Origin: an uncultured Bdellovibrionales bacterium
GTDB lineage: Bacteria > Patescibacteriota > Minisyncoccia > Moranbacterales > UBA1568
DNA: 59,131 nucleotides
Direction: 5' to 3'
Assembly (NCBI GenBank): GCA_964604195.1
Contig: CAZRXW010000002.1
Location: 1-59,131, forward strand
A program made the position numbers and the translations under genes. The notes under the pieces are model-generated. The model made no database searches, was not told the DNA's origin, and was given only the letters and a program-made list of their open reading frames with translations. Below are positions 39,050 through 47,416 of the stretch, piece by piece (within the stretch, counting starts at the first letter, position 1; each line of letters starts with the position of its first letter).

Positions 39050-39754
39050 TTAATTTCTTATGCCAACAAAACTGACACTTGTTTCAAAACTTTTACGAAT
39101 GGTTTCTAATTCATCTTGAGAGAAAGGATGGTACTCCGCGAAGCTAGCGCGAAGCGTATGCCCGGGCCGAAATGTCTGGAGAAAGAACTGCCTGGCTCCA
39201 GCGGTGAGTGCCTGGAGTGCCTTGAGCACTTCTTTGGTGTGGACTTCTTTAATGAGTGTAGTACGAAACTCGTAATCAACGGAAGAGGAGCGTAATAGAT
39301 TAATACTCTCGTTTATATACTCCGGCTTTACTATAGGTCCGACCAGTCTTGGATATTCGGAAAGTGAGGTTTTTACATCCATGGCGACATAATCAATGAG
39401 TTTCTCATCCAAAAGTTCTCTCAACATCGTCGGATTATTGCCATTGGTATCGAGCTTGGTGAGAAAGCCTCGCTCTTTCACTTTACAGAAAAAAGTCGGA
39501 AGATCGTGCCAGATAGTAGGCTCTCCGCCCGAAACGACCACTCCGTCGAGAAGGCCTCTGCGTCCGTCGAGAAAATTGAAGAAAGTCTCTTCCGAGATGA
39601 AATTCGGCGCAAGCTCACGCACCCTTTCCGGCAAGACAAACTCGGGATTGTGACAAAATCCGCAGCGCATATTGCACCCCGGGGTAAAGGCAATACAGGC
39701 TACTTTCCCTGGATAATCAAGCAGAGTGAAACGTTGGATAGCCGAAAACTTCAT
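39050..39754 (-). CDS. nrdG: Anaerobic ribonucleoside-triphosphate reductase activating protein (radical SAM)
   Basis: CNMRCGFCHNPE (CxxxCxxC) cluster motif, size, and position next to nrdD. Confidence 0.9.
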   Translation of the reverse strand: MKFSAIQRFTLLDYPGKVACIAFTPGCNMRCGFCHNPEFVLPERVRELAPNFISEETFFNFLDGRRGLLDGVVVSGGEPTIWHDLPTFFCKVKERGFLTKLDTNGNNPTMLRELLDEKLIDYVAMDVKTSLSEYPRLVGPIVKPEYINESINLLRSSSVDYEFRTTLIKEVHTKEVLKALQALTAGARQFFLQTFRPGHTLRASFAEYHPFSQDELETIRKSFETSVSFVGIRN

Positions 39755-39945
39755 GCTTGTGGTTCGCCATAACAGGCCTCAAACTGAACATTGTCCGCCA
39801 CACATTCCTCAAAATGCTTGCGTGAGTAGTGCTCGGCTTTCTTACCGGTATTGAAATGTGACACTGGTCGGTGATACCCCATCACCCGCGTCCACACTTC
39901 ACACCGCGTCCGCCCTGCATTGATATCTCCCTCTTGCATACTCAT
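39751..39945 (-). CDS. Stand-alone NrdD C-terminal glycyl-radical domain (64 aa)
   Basis: CEVWTRVMGYHRPVSHFNTGKKAEHYSRK matches the conserved NrdD C-terminal radical loop (R-[IV]-x-G-Y...N.GK..E). It is in a different frame from the nrdD body, and its stop overlaps the nrdG start (ATGA). Confidence 0.75.
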   Translation of the reverse strand: MSMQEGDINAGRTRCEVWTRVMGYHRPVSHFNTGKKAEHYSRKHFEECVADNVQFEACYGEPQA

Positions 39946-39983
39946 GATGTTATGAAATTAATTTTTTATTTACTTATCATCGA

Positions 39984-40124
39984 GACTGAAACGGCTGAAC
40001 GGAAAAATTCGTACTTAGCCAATCTCCGTGAAACGAAAGCACTCACAAAAGGAAGGTGAACTGAGCTCAACCAGTTTTAGGGATACCACGCGATCTACGA
40101 ATTTTGAGTACAGGCGTTTCAGTC
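39984..40124. repeat. 141-bp imperfect palindrome (MITE-like or structured RNA) between the two nrdD pieces
   Basis: Perfect 10-bp arms gactgaaacg (39984-39993) / cgtttcagtc (40115-40124), plus an inner perfect 10-bp pair tacgaatttt / aaaattcgta on the coding strand. The arms are alignable over about 32 bp. Confidence 0.7.
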
Positions 40125-40133
40125 ATAGAAATA

Positions 40134-42341
40134 TCACCGATGGGCGGCTGTACTGGCATACTGCTTACGATAATCCTGATCAAGCCGTTCACCATCCGCG
40201 ATACCAAGCACAGCATCGCACTTGGGACAGAAATCGTGCTCACCATCGAGATAGCCGTGCTTGGGACAAATTGAGAATGTGGGAGTGATAGTGATATACG
40301 GCAGCCGATAGCGAGTGAGTATTTTTTTCACCAAGTTGCGGCAGGCTTCGGGCGAGGAGATACGCTCGGTCATATAACAGTGGAGTACGGTCCCGCCAGT
40401 GTACTTCGTCTGGAGATCATCCTGATGCTCGAGTACCTCAAAGACATCGTCGGTAAAGCCTACTGGCACCTGACTCGAGTTGGTGTAGAAGGGAGCATCG
40501 GGAGTCCCAGCTTGCAAAATATCAGGAAAACGCTTCCTATCCTCCTTGGCAAAACGATAGGTCGTTCCCTCAGCCGGGGTCGCTTCGAGATTGTAGAAAT
40601 TTTTGGTTTCTTCCTGAAAAGATTTGATTTTTTCTTGCATATGCTCGAGTACAGCAACGGCGAACGCGTGGCCCTCTTTGGTGGTAATATTCTCCACATC
40701 GTTCGTAAAATTACGGATTGCCTCATTGAGACCGTTGAGTCCAATGGTAGAGAAATGATTCTTGAGATAGCCCAAGTAACGTTTGGTGTACGGAAAGAGT
40801 CCTCGATCGATCCACTCCTGAATCACCTTACGTTTCAGTTCAAGCGAAGTCTTGGCGAGCTCCATCAGGCGATCAATCTCGGCATAGAATTTCTCCTTAT
40901 CTCCCTTGGCCAGATAACCAATCCGAGCGAGATTGAGGGTGACGACCCCAATCGAGCCGGTCATTTCGGCTGAACCAAAGAGTCCTCCACCTCGCTTCCG
41001 AAGTTCCCGAAGATCGAGTTGCAAGCGACAACACATTGACCGCACATCGCCCGGATTGAGGTTAGAGTTTACAAAATTCTGGAAGTAAGGAGTGCCATAT
41101 TTAGCCGTCATCTCAAAAAGAGGGAGATTCTTCTCGCTTTCCCAGTCAAAATCCTTGCCAACATTGTACGTAGGAATCGGAAAGGTAAATGTACGTCCCC
41201 GAACATCTCCCTTCATCATCACTTCGATAAAGGCTCGATTGACGATGTCCATCTCTTTCTGAAGTTCGCTAAATGTATACGAGAAAGGCTTGCCACCCAA
41301 GAGGAGCCTCTTGTCTCGTAGATCAGCCGGGCAATCCCAGTCGAGGGTGATATTGGTAAATGGTGTCTGAGTCCCCCATCGCGATGGAATATTGAGGTTG
41401 AAAACAAATGACTGGATGTTTTGGTACACATAGTCATACACCTTTTCCTCGATATATGTTGCCTCATTTTTTTTCGAGACAAATTTTATGTTGAATTTCT
41501 TGATATCCTCCCGTAGTTCCAGTTCATACTTTTTCACATAGGGCGCCATGTACGTATCAAAGCTCGAGAAAGCTTGTGCGCCCGCCCACTCATTTTGGAG
41601 TGTCCCAAGAAAGTTCACCATCTGGGCTACCGCCGAAGAAAGATGTTTGGGTGAGCCCGACTCAACTTTACTCGGCACCCCGTTGAATCCTTCTTCAAGC
41701 AAAACTCTCAGGCTCCAGCCAGCGCAGTATCCCGAAAACATAGAGAGATCATGGATATGATAGTCGCCATTCCGATGCGCCTCACCCACAGCTTTGGGAT
41801 AGATATGCGAGAGCCAGTAATTGGCCACCACATTGCCAGCCGTATTGAGAATCAGCCCCCCAAGTGAATATCCTTGATTAGCATTCTCTGCAACACGCCA
41901 GTCTACTTTTTCGAGATACTCCTTAATAGTTTTTTCCACCTCCACCACTACATTCTTATCTTCCCGAGCTTCACGTCGTTTCTCTCGATAGAGGATGTAG
42001 GCTTTGGCCATCTCAGCATAGTCATACCGGATGAGCACATCCTCCACCGCGTCCTGGATCTCTTCAACCGAAGGAATAGCTGCAGCATATTTTGCCTCAA
42101 GTTCGACTTCGACTTCTTTAGTCAGAGTGTCGACTATGGCAATGTCATTTTTTCCTACTGCCTCAGCCGCCTTGCGTATCGCCTCATGGATTTTCCCAAG
42201 TTCAAAATCAACAATACTCCCGTTGCGTTTTTGCACTTTGTAGAGCGGCATATGATTGGAATGAATGTTAGTCTTGCACTGTATTAAACGTGCCCAAAAG
42301 AAAAAGGTGTCACCGGACACCTCCCAACTATCTTCCTTCAA
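40134..42341 (-). CDS. nrdD: Anaerobic ribonucleoside-triphosphate reductase (class III), body lacking the glycyl-radical C-terminus
   Basis: ATP-cone start MPLYKVQKRNGSIVDF (the likely true start is 42251), the class III core, and the Zn site ICPKHGY...CPKCD. After CPKCD come 26 non-conserved residues and then a stop. Confidence 0.9.
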   Translation of the reverse strand: MKEDSWEVSGDTFFFWARLIQCKTNIHSNHMPLYKVQKRNGSIVDFELGKIHEAIRKAAEAVGKNDIAIVDTLTKEVEVELEAKYAAAIPSVEEIQDAVEDVLIRYDYAEMAKAYILYREKRREAREDKNVVVEVEKTIKEYLEKVDWRVAENANQGYSLGGLILNTAGNVVANYWLSHIYPKAVGEAHRNGDYHIHDLSMFSGYCAGWSLRVLLEEGFNGVPSKVESGSPKHLSSAVAQMVNFLGTLQNEWAGAQAFSSFDTYMAPYVKKYELELREDIKKFNIKFVSKKNEATYIEEKVYDYVYQNIQSFVFNLNIPSRWGTQTPFTNITLDWDCPADLRDKRLLLGGKPFSYTFSELQKEMDIVNRAFIEVMMKGDVRGRTFTFPIPTYNVGKDFDWESEKNLPLFEMTAKYGTPYFQNFVNSNLNPGDVRSMCCRLQLDLRELRKRGGGLFGSAEMTGSIGVVTLNLARIGYLAKGDKEKFYAEIDRLMELAKTSLELKRKVIQEWIDRGLFPYTKRYLGYLKNHFSTIGLNGLNEAIRNFTNDVENITTKEGHAFAVAVLEHMQEKIKSFQEETKNFYNLEATPAEGTTYRFAKEDRKRFPDILQAGTPDAPFYTNSSQVPVGFTDDVFEVLEHQDDLQTKYTGGTVLHCYMTERISSPEACRNLVKKILTRYRLPYITITPTFSICPKHGYLDGEHDFCPKCDAVLGIADGERLDQDYRKQYASTAAHR

Positions 42342-42353
42342 TTTTTCCTTAAT

Positions 42354-43421
42354 TCAAGCCAAAACTGATCGCAGTTTCTTCCGGCTTCTCGAGAGGATAA
42401 GTTTTACCGCATTCTCTGTTTTGCCGAGCTTCTCGGCCACCTCACGAGCCCGGTAGCCATCGCGGTACGTCAAAAGCATGACCAAGCGCTCTCCCGCTGA
42501 AAGTGATGAGAGTAACATATTAAGCGTCTCCAAATCAGGAGCCCCTCCCTCACTCATAACCTCATCAAGAGCTGCATGATTCTGGACTGTTGCTTTCGAT
42601 ACTCCTCGGTAATAGTCAACCAGGAGATTGTGGGCAACGTGGAGTAAATAGGTATAGTATGAAGCATTGGCCACTCGAAACCGAGGAAGCGCCCGGAAGG
42701 CTCTTACAAAAACCTCTTGAGCAAGATCTTCCGCCTCGTCATGAGAACTGAGGCGACGCAAAAAGTATTGTCTCACCAGCTCTCCATATTTCTCATACAA
42801 AAAAGCGAAAGCAGCTGGATCCTGCTGAGCTGATTGGACCAGCATTCTATCCTCAAAACGCCGAGCAAGTCCTGCTTGCGCCGGTAGGATAAGTTCTTCT
42901 CGCAAAAATTGAGTCAAATCCAGCTGACGTGTTGGAACAATAGTCAGGGATTTATCAGCATCTGAGGACTGGAGCATTTCGAGAAACCGCTGCCATGAAC
43001 TTGGGGCTTGATGCCAACTCTCAGCCTCACTAAGGAACCTCCGATGGAATTCGTGTTCTTGTACCTCCGAACGAAACTGCGGGTGTATCTCTAGAAAATA
43101 CTCCGTTTCCCCATCCTGATTTTTGACAGGAGCAATCTGGAGAGTTTCCCATTGTCGACTCTTTCCTTTAGGTTGATTCTGAAAACGACCCACAAATGGC
43201 TTGCCTTCATCCCCGATCCTCTGCCAGAGCAATTGATAAAAAGAGTACGACATGCGGCCACCCCAGAGTTCGCCTGGTTTCTTGCCAATAATTTCTGCCA
43301 CCGAAAAACCCGTCCGTCTTTCCACTGCCTGATTAGCATAAAGAACTCGTGAAGTAAGATCCGTCACCAACAGACCTCCGGGGATTTGATCAAACCATGT
43401 AGCCAGCGAAAGTGTCGACAT
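42354..43421 (-). CDS. PAS-domain / sigma-70-family (ECF-like) sigma factor fusion
   Basis: The N-terminal ~110 aa are PAS-like (LLVTDLTSRVLYANQAVERRTGFSVAEIIGKKPGELW...). The C-terminal half has region 2 (AEDLAQEVFVRAF) and a region 4 HTH (REVAEKLGKTENAVKLILSRSRKKL). Confidence 0.8.
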   Translation of the reverse strand: MSTLSLATWFDQIPGGLLVTDLTSRVLYANQAVERRTGFSVAEIIGKKPGELWGGRMSYSFYQLLWQRIGDEGKPFVGRFQNQPKGKSRQWETLQIAPVKNQDGETEYFLEIHPQFRSEVQEHEFHRRFLSEAESWHQAPSSWQRFLEMLQSSDADKSLTIVPTRQLDLTQFLREELILPAQAGLARRFEDRMLVQSAQQDPAAFAFLYEKYGELVRQYFLRRLSSHDEAEDLAQEVFVRAFRALPRFRVANASYYTYLLHVAHNLLVDYYRGVSKATVQNHAALDEVMSEGGAPDLETLNMLLSSLSAGERLVMLLTYRDGYRAREVAEKLGKTENAVKLILSRSRKKLRSVLA

Positions 43422-43469
43422 AGGACTGTGCCAAGGCAGGAAACGAAATTATCCCGATCACGCATGTAT

Positions 43470-44156
43470 TTATTTGTACTCGTCTGCCCGATGAGCTGAC
43501 ATATTCCGATGAATAATCTCATCATTTTTGATCGAGACAAAGAGCTCGTACTCACTCTTTACGTGCCGGCCATAAAACTCGAGGAAGTCGGAGAGAATCG
43601 GCCGATCCTTGAGCTCCTCAGTGTGACTCTCCACAAATCGACTATACTGCGAAAAAGCATGGTCTTCGAAAAGATAATTAAGTTGCAGCGCACTTTTGGG
43701 ACTGAAGAGGTAGAGGATAAACGAGGCCGTGGCGTAGAAGAAAGAAAAAAGAAGTGGGATAAGCGTGTGACGAATCAAACCATCCTCGCCATATTTCTTG
43801 GCAAGCTGCGAGAGAACAACAACATGCATCGTCTCATTGTCCTGTGAGCCTCGACCAAAACGGGAAGTTTTGGAAAGTTCAATAGCCTTCTTTTCATTGG
43901 AATAAAACATCGTCAGCAGCATATAGCTCGCCACTTCCCACGATTGGTATGGAATTCGAGCAATCACCTCAACCGCCTTGAATTTCCCGTATGATGGATC
44001 GTGGCCATAAACAAGGTTACCGCACGTCACCAACAGTGTCCCTAAAATTTTTGGGATGATACCAACTGGATAATTGTCGTACGATTTCTTGTACTCATCG
44101 AGCATCTGAGTATCTTCGAGGGACTTGAGGAGTGCTTCGTGTTGTATCTTGTCCAT
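43470..44156 (-). CDS. Alternative oxidase (AOX/PTOX) family di-iron carboxylate protein
   Basis: All four iron-ligand motifs occur in order: VEVIARIP (E), DNETMH (ExxH), FEDHAFSQY (E), NDEIIHRN (ExxH). Confidence 0.8.
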   Translation of the reverse strand: MDKIQHEALLKSLEDTQMLDEYKKSYDNYPVGIIPKILGTLLVTCGNLVYGHDPSYGKFKAVEVIARIPYQSWEVASYMLLTMFYSNEKKAIELSKTSRFGRGSQDNETMHVVVLSQLAKKYGEDGLIRHTLIPLLFSFFYATASFILYLFSPKSALQLNYLFEDHAFSQYSRFVESHTEELKDRPILSDFLEFYGRHVKSEYELFVSIKNDEIIHRNMSAHRADEYK

Positions 44157-44236
44157 AAAAAAATTTCCTCACCGGAATTACCTTTTTAGTCTAGCACTAG
44201 AGGTCAGGGATGCGAAAAACCCAAGATTTCCCTCTC

Positions 44237-44845
44237 TTAGACGGTGGGGGCAAAAAATTGAGTTACTTCAACAGCACTAATCACAGCACAGCTCCCTTTT
44301 TGAGGATACCAACCACTATCTCCCTGCTCCGCCCCTACGGGCTCCCCAAGAAGTTCAGCATATAGCTCTTGCAATGTATCGAGGTGTGACACTATCACGA
44401 TGTGTTTCCCCTGAAAAACAGACTGCACATCAAGCAGTAGTGATCGCACCCGCTCTCGAATATCCATGTATCCCTCAATACCCTGATCAGGGTCACCCAC
44501 CGTCCGCCCTCCATGTTGCTCCATAAAATCAAGGAAACTCTGAATATCCTTTCCTTCAAAAGAACCAAAACGAGTTTCCGTAAGCCGGGTATCAATCGAA
44601 CGCGGCACCTCTAAAGACTCCTGCAAAATAGCCGCTGTTTCTTTTGCTCGTGCGAGTGGTGAAGCAATAATAAAATCTATTGGGAATTGCTTGAGGTAAA
44701 AAGCTGTTCCTCGCGCTTGTTCTTTCCCTTTCACAGTAAGATGATATTCTCCTCGCCCTGCTCCATTAAGAATATCTCGCACATTGTTTTCTGCCTCTCC
44801 GTGCCGCACCAGATAGTACGTATTGGCTTTATATTGATCGAGCAT
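44237..44845 (-). CDS. Histidine phosphatase family protein (phosphoglycerate-mutase-like)
   Basis: Catalytic RHGE motif (YLVRHGEAENN) and a downstream SHLDT. Confidence 0.85.
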   Translation of the reverse strand: MLDQYKANTYYLVRHGEAENNVRDILNGAGRGEYHLTVKGKEQARGTAFYLKQFPIDFIIASPLARAKETAAILQESLEVPRSIDTRLTETRFGSFEGKDIQSFLDFMEQHGGRTVGDPDQGIEGYMDIRERVRSLLLDVQSVFQGKHIVIVSHLDTLQELYAELLGEPVGAEQGDSGWYPQKGSCAVISAVEVTQFFAPTV

Positions 44846-44981
44846 AGATTTTCCCTATAGCCTGCGCAGCGTGATAAATATCCATTCCAATGGCAACTAT
44901 AAAAACAAGCGCCAGTGACACCACGATCTTTACCGCAAAAATAAGTGTTGCTTCATCAATTTTTCTTTCTGTTTTGGCCAT
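44829..44981 (-). CDS. Possible 50-aa single-TM protein (below the ORF-track cutoff)
   Basis: Encodes MAKTERKIDEATLIFAVKIVVSLALVFIVAIGMDIYH... and fills the argS-phosphatase gap. The Shine-Dalgarno is weak. Confidence 0.3.
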   Translation of the reverse strand: MAKTERKIDEATLIFAVKIVVSLALVFIVAIGMDIYHAAQAIGKIYARSI

Positions 44982-45016
44982 ACAAAAAAACTCTTTGTGC
45001 TATCACCTATTCCCGA

Positions 45017-46639
45017 TTACATTTTTTCTGGGGCTGAAACTCCAATAAGTCTGAGGGATTCTCCAAGTACTATTCGTGTAGATCGAACAAGAGCGAGACG
45101 AGCCTGAGAAATTTCTTTCTTCTCAGTATCAATTACTTGGCAATCAGCATAGAACGAATGAAGTCTATCAGCGAGACGGATAGCGTACTGTGGGAGCTGA
45201 TGTACTGTTTTTTCGCTCGCCATCCGCTCAATGAGCTCAGGAAAAGCGATAAGTTCCCGTATGAGAAGCTTCTCTTTCGGATGAGAGAGGAGAGCAAGTT
45301 GCTCTGCATTGGGTTCTAAAGATTCCTCTTCGGCCTTACGGAGAATACTCGAGAGCCGAGCATAGGCATACTGCACATAATAGACCGGGTTCTTCTCACT
45401 CCACTCTTCAGCAAGACCCAGATCGAAATTCATATGGGTATCGGGAGAATACATGAGAAAGAAAAATCGAGCCACATCATGACCTACCGACTCAATGAGC
45501 TCATCAATGCCTACCACATTCCCCGCTCGCTTACTCATCCTTACTTCCTCCCCATTTTTCATCAGTCGCACCAGTTGCACAATCGCAAAATGAATTTTTT
45601 CCTTAGGAAAACCAAGGGCTTCGGCAGCAGCTCTAAAACGATTGATATAACCATGATGATCAGCTCCCCACGTTTCGATAAGAAGAGTGAACCCACGTTC
45701 CATTTTGTTCAATATATAACCACAGTCTGAAGCAAAGTAGGTTTTGGATCCGTCTTGTTTTACGATCACGCGATCTTTATCATCACCATATTCCGTCGTC
45801 CTGAGCCACAAAGCCCCCTCAGATTCAAACGTTTTCCCTCGTTCCTGAAGGAGCGCGAGAGCTTTATCGACATACCCATCCTCGATCAGTTTCTTTTCCG
45901 AAGTCCACACATCAAAATGTACCCGCATCACCTCTTTGGTTACCGGCTGAATCATCTCTTCGAGAATAATCTTGGCCGCCTGTTCCCCAGTCGCTCGAAC
46001 CTCATCACTCTTACCAAGTCGCTCGGCAAGCTTTTCAATATATTCACCGCCATAGACTACTTCACTATCTTGGAGGACACTGTGCCCCAATTTCATTACC
46101 TGCTCCCCCGCATCATTCACATAATATTCATTGGTCACTTCAAAACTTGCTTTCTTCAAAATACGAGAAAGAGTATCGGCATAAAATCCGCCCCGACCAT
46201 TCCCGAGGTGTAGTGGCCCCGTCGGATTGGCGGAGATAAATTCATTGTTCACGTTCTCCCCGTCACCCTGCATTGAGCTCCCATACCGCTCGCCTACCTT
46301 GAGAATATGCTGGAGGGCTTCACTATAAGCTCCATCGGAAAGATAGAAGTTAATATGCCCCGGCCCAGCAATCTCTACTTTTTCCAAAAAATTTTCTTCT
46401 TGATTCTTGATTCTTGATTCAATATTCTCTTTTAAGAGTTCAGCTACTTCCCGCGGGTTCCTCCCGAGCTCCTTTGCTACTATGAGGGCAATATTGGTGG
46501 TATAGTCGCCAAACTGCTCATCGGTCGGCCGAATAAGCATGAGCTTCCCAACATCAAAACGCCCGAGCCTCCCTTCCTCGAAAAGCTGGATCACGGTCTC
46601 TTTCAAAATTCGCTCGAGTTGTTCTTTCATCCTTCTCAA
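45017..46639 (-). CDS. argS: Arginine--tRNA ligase
   Basis: SANPTGPLHLGNGR (HIGH region), the MSKR-type loop MSKRAGN, and a DALR anticodon-binding C-terminus ending in M. Confidence 0.95.
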   Translation of the reverse strand: MRRMKEQLERILKETVIQLFEEGRLGRFDVGKLMLIRPTDEQFGDYTTNIALIVAKELGRNPREVAELLKENIESRIKNQEENFLEKVEIAGPGHINFYLSDGAYSEALQHILKVGERYGSSMQGDGENVNNEFISANPTGPLHLGNGRGGFYADTLSRILKKASFEVTNEYYVNDAGEQVMKLGHSVLQDSEVVYGGEYIEKLAERLGKSDEVRATGEQAAKIILEEMIQPVTKEVMRVHFDVWTSEKKLIEDGYVDKALALLQERGKTFESEGALWLRTTEYGDDKDRVIVKQDGSKTYFASDCGYILNKMERGFTLLIETWGADHHGYINRFRAAAEALGFPKEKIHFAIVQLVRLMKNGEEVRMSKRAGNVVGIDELIESVGHDVARFFFLMYSPDTHMNFDLGLAEEWSEKNPVYYVQYAYARLSSILRKAEEESLEPNAEQLALLSHPKEKLLIRELIAFPELIERMASEKTVHQLPQYAIRLADRLHSFYADCQVIDTEKKEISQARLALVRSTRIVLGESLRLIGVSAPEKM

Positions 46640-46817
46640 AATAGCCCAAAAAAGCCAAAAAGTGAAGGCTTTCTACTATACATCACCAAAACCACGACCG
46701 TAGTTTTCGTGATTAACAAGGGTAAAACAAAAACTGCCGGCACCCTCTTTGGGGGTACTCAGCAGTTCGATAGGGTACAGAACCGTCGAAGGTGTGGATC
46801 AGCGTCGAACGTAGCGA

Positions 46818-47315
46818 CTAGCGCTCGATGATGTAGGTCTCAGGCAGCGAAAGTGCCCGCCGTCCATCTGCAAGCGTGATAGTCGCGTAGATGGCGAGGT
46901 ACCACTCGATCTTCCGATCGGAAGGGCCGCCCCTGAAAACAATCCGGTCACCGAGAGCAAGCCCCTCGACAACACACTGCCACACCGGCCCGGGGTTGTG
47001 GTAGGAGAATTGCTGCATTGTGAAGACGTAGCTAGCCCCCGGTATCTCATAGATGATCCCCGGCGCGAATGGGTATTGAACCCGCAGAACATCGCCAGGC
47101 TCCGAAACAAGGATGGGAGGGAGAAAAACCTTGTCCTCGATCTGTCTGATACCGTAAGCCTGGTAGTTCAGGAATTGCGGTTCTTGCGAGTACCTCAGCT
47201 CGCAGACCTTGGCACCAGCCGGCACGGCATCACGGTCGTCATCCCCACCACCACAGGCAGCGACGAGAAAGGCGGTCGTGATGGCGACCAGGACAAATAA
47301 AGAACGTTGAAACAT
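46818..47315 (-). CDS. Hypothetical lipoprotein (165 aa), GC-rich gene
   Basis: Lipobox LVAAC after a signal peptide. The local GC content is visibly above that of the neighbours. Confidence 0.6.
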   Translation of the reverse strand: MFQRSLFVLVAITTAFLVAACGGGDDDRDAVPAGAKVCELRYSQEPQFLNYQAYGIRQIEDKVFLPPILVSEPGDVLRVQYPFAPGIIYEIPGASYVFTMQQFSYHNPGPVWQCVVEGLALGDRIVFRGGPSDRKIEWYLAIYATITLADGRRALSLPETYIIER

Positions 47316-47416
47316 GAGACTCCCCTTTCAAGGGAAAAAGTGGAAGAAAGTTGGCTTGCACGTCCCCAAGGGACATACAGGCTCCCCATGAGGACTGCGT
47401 ATCCTACAACGAAACC

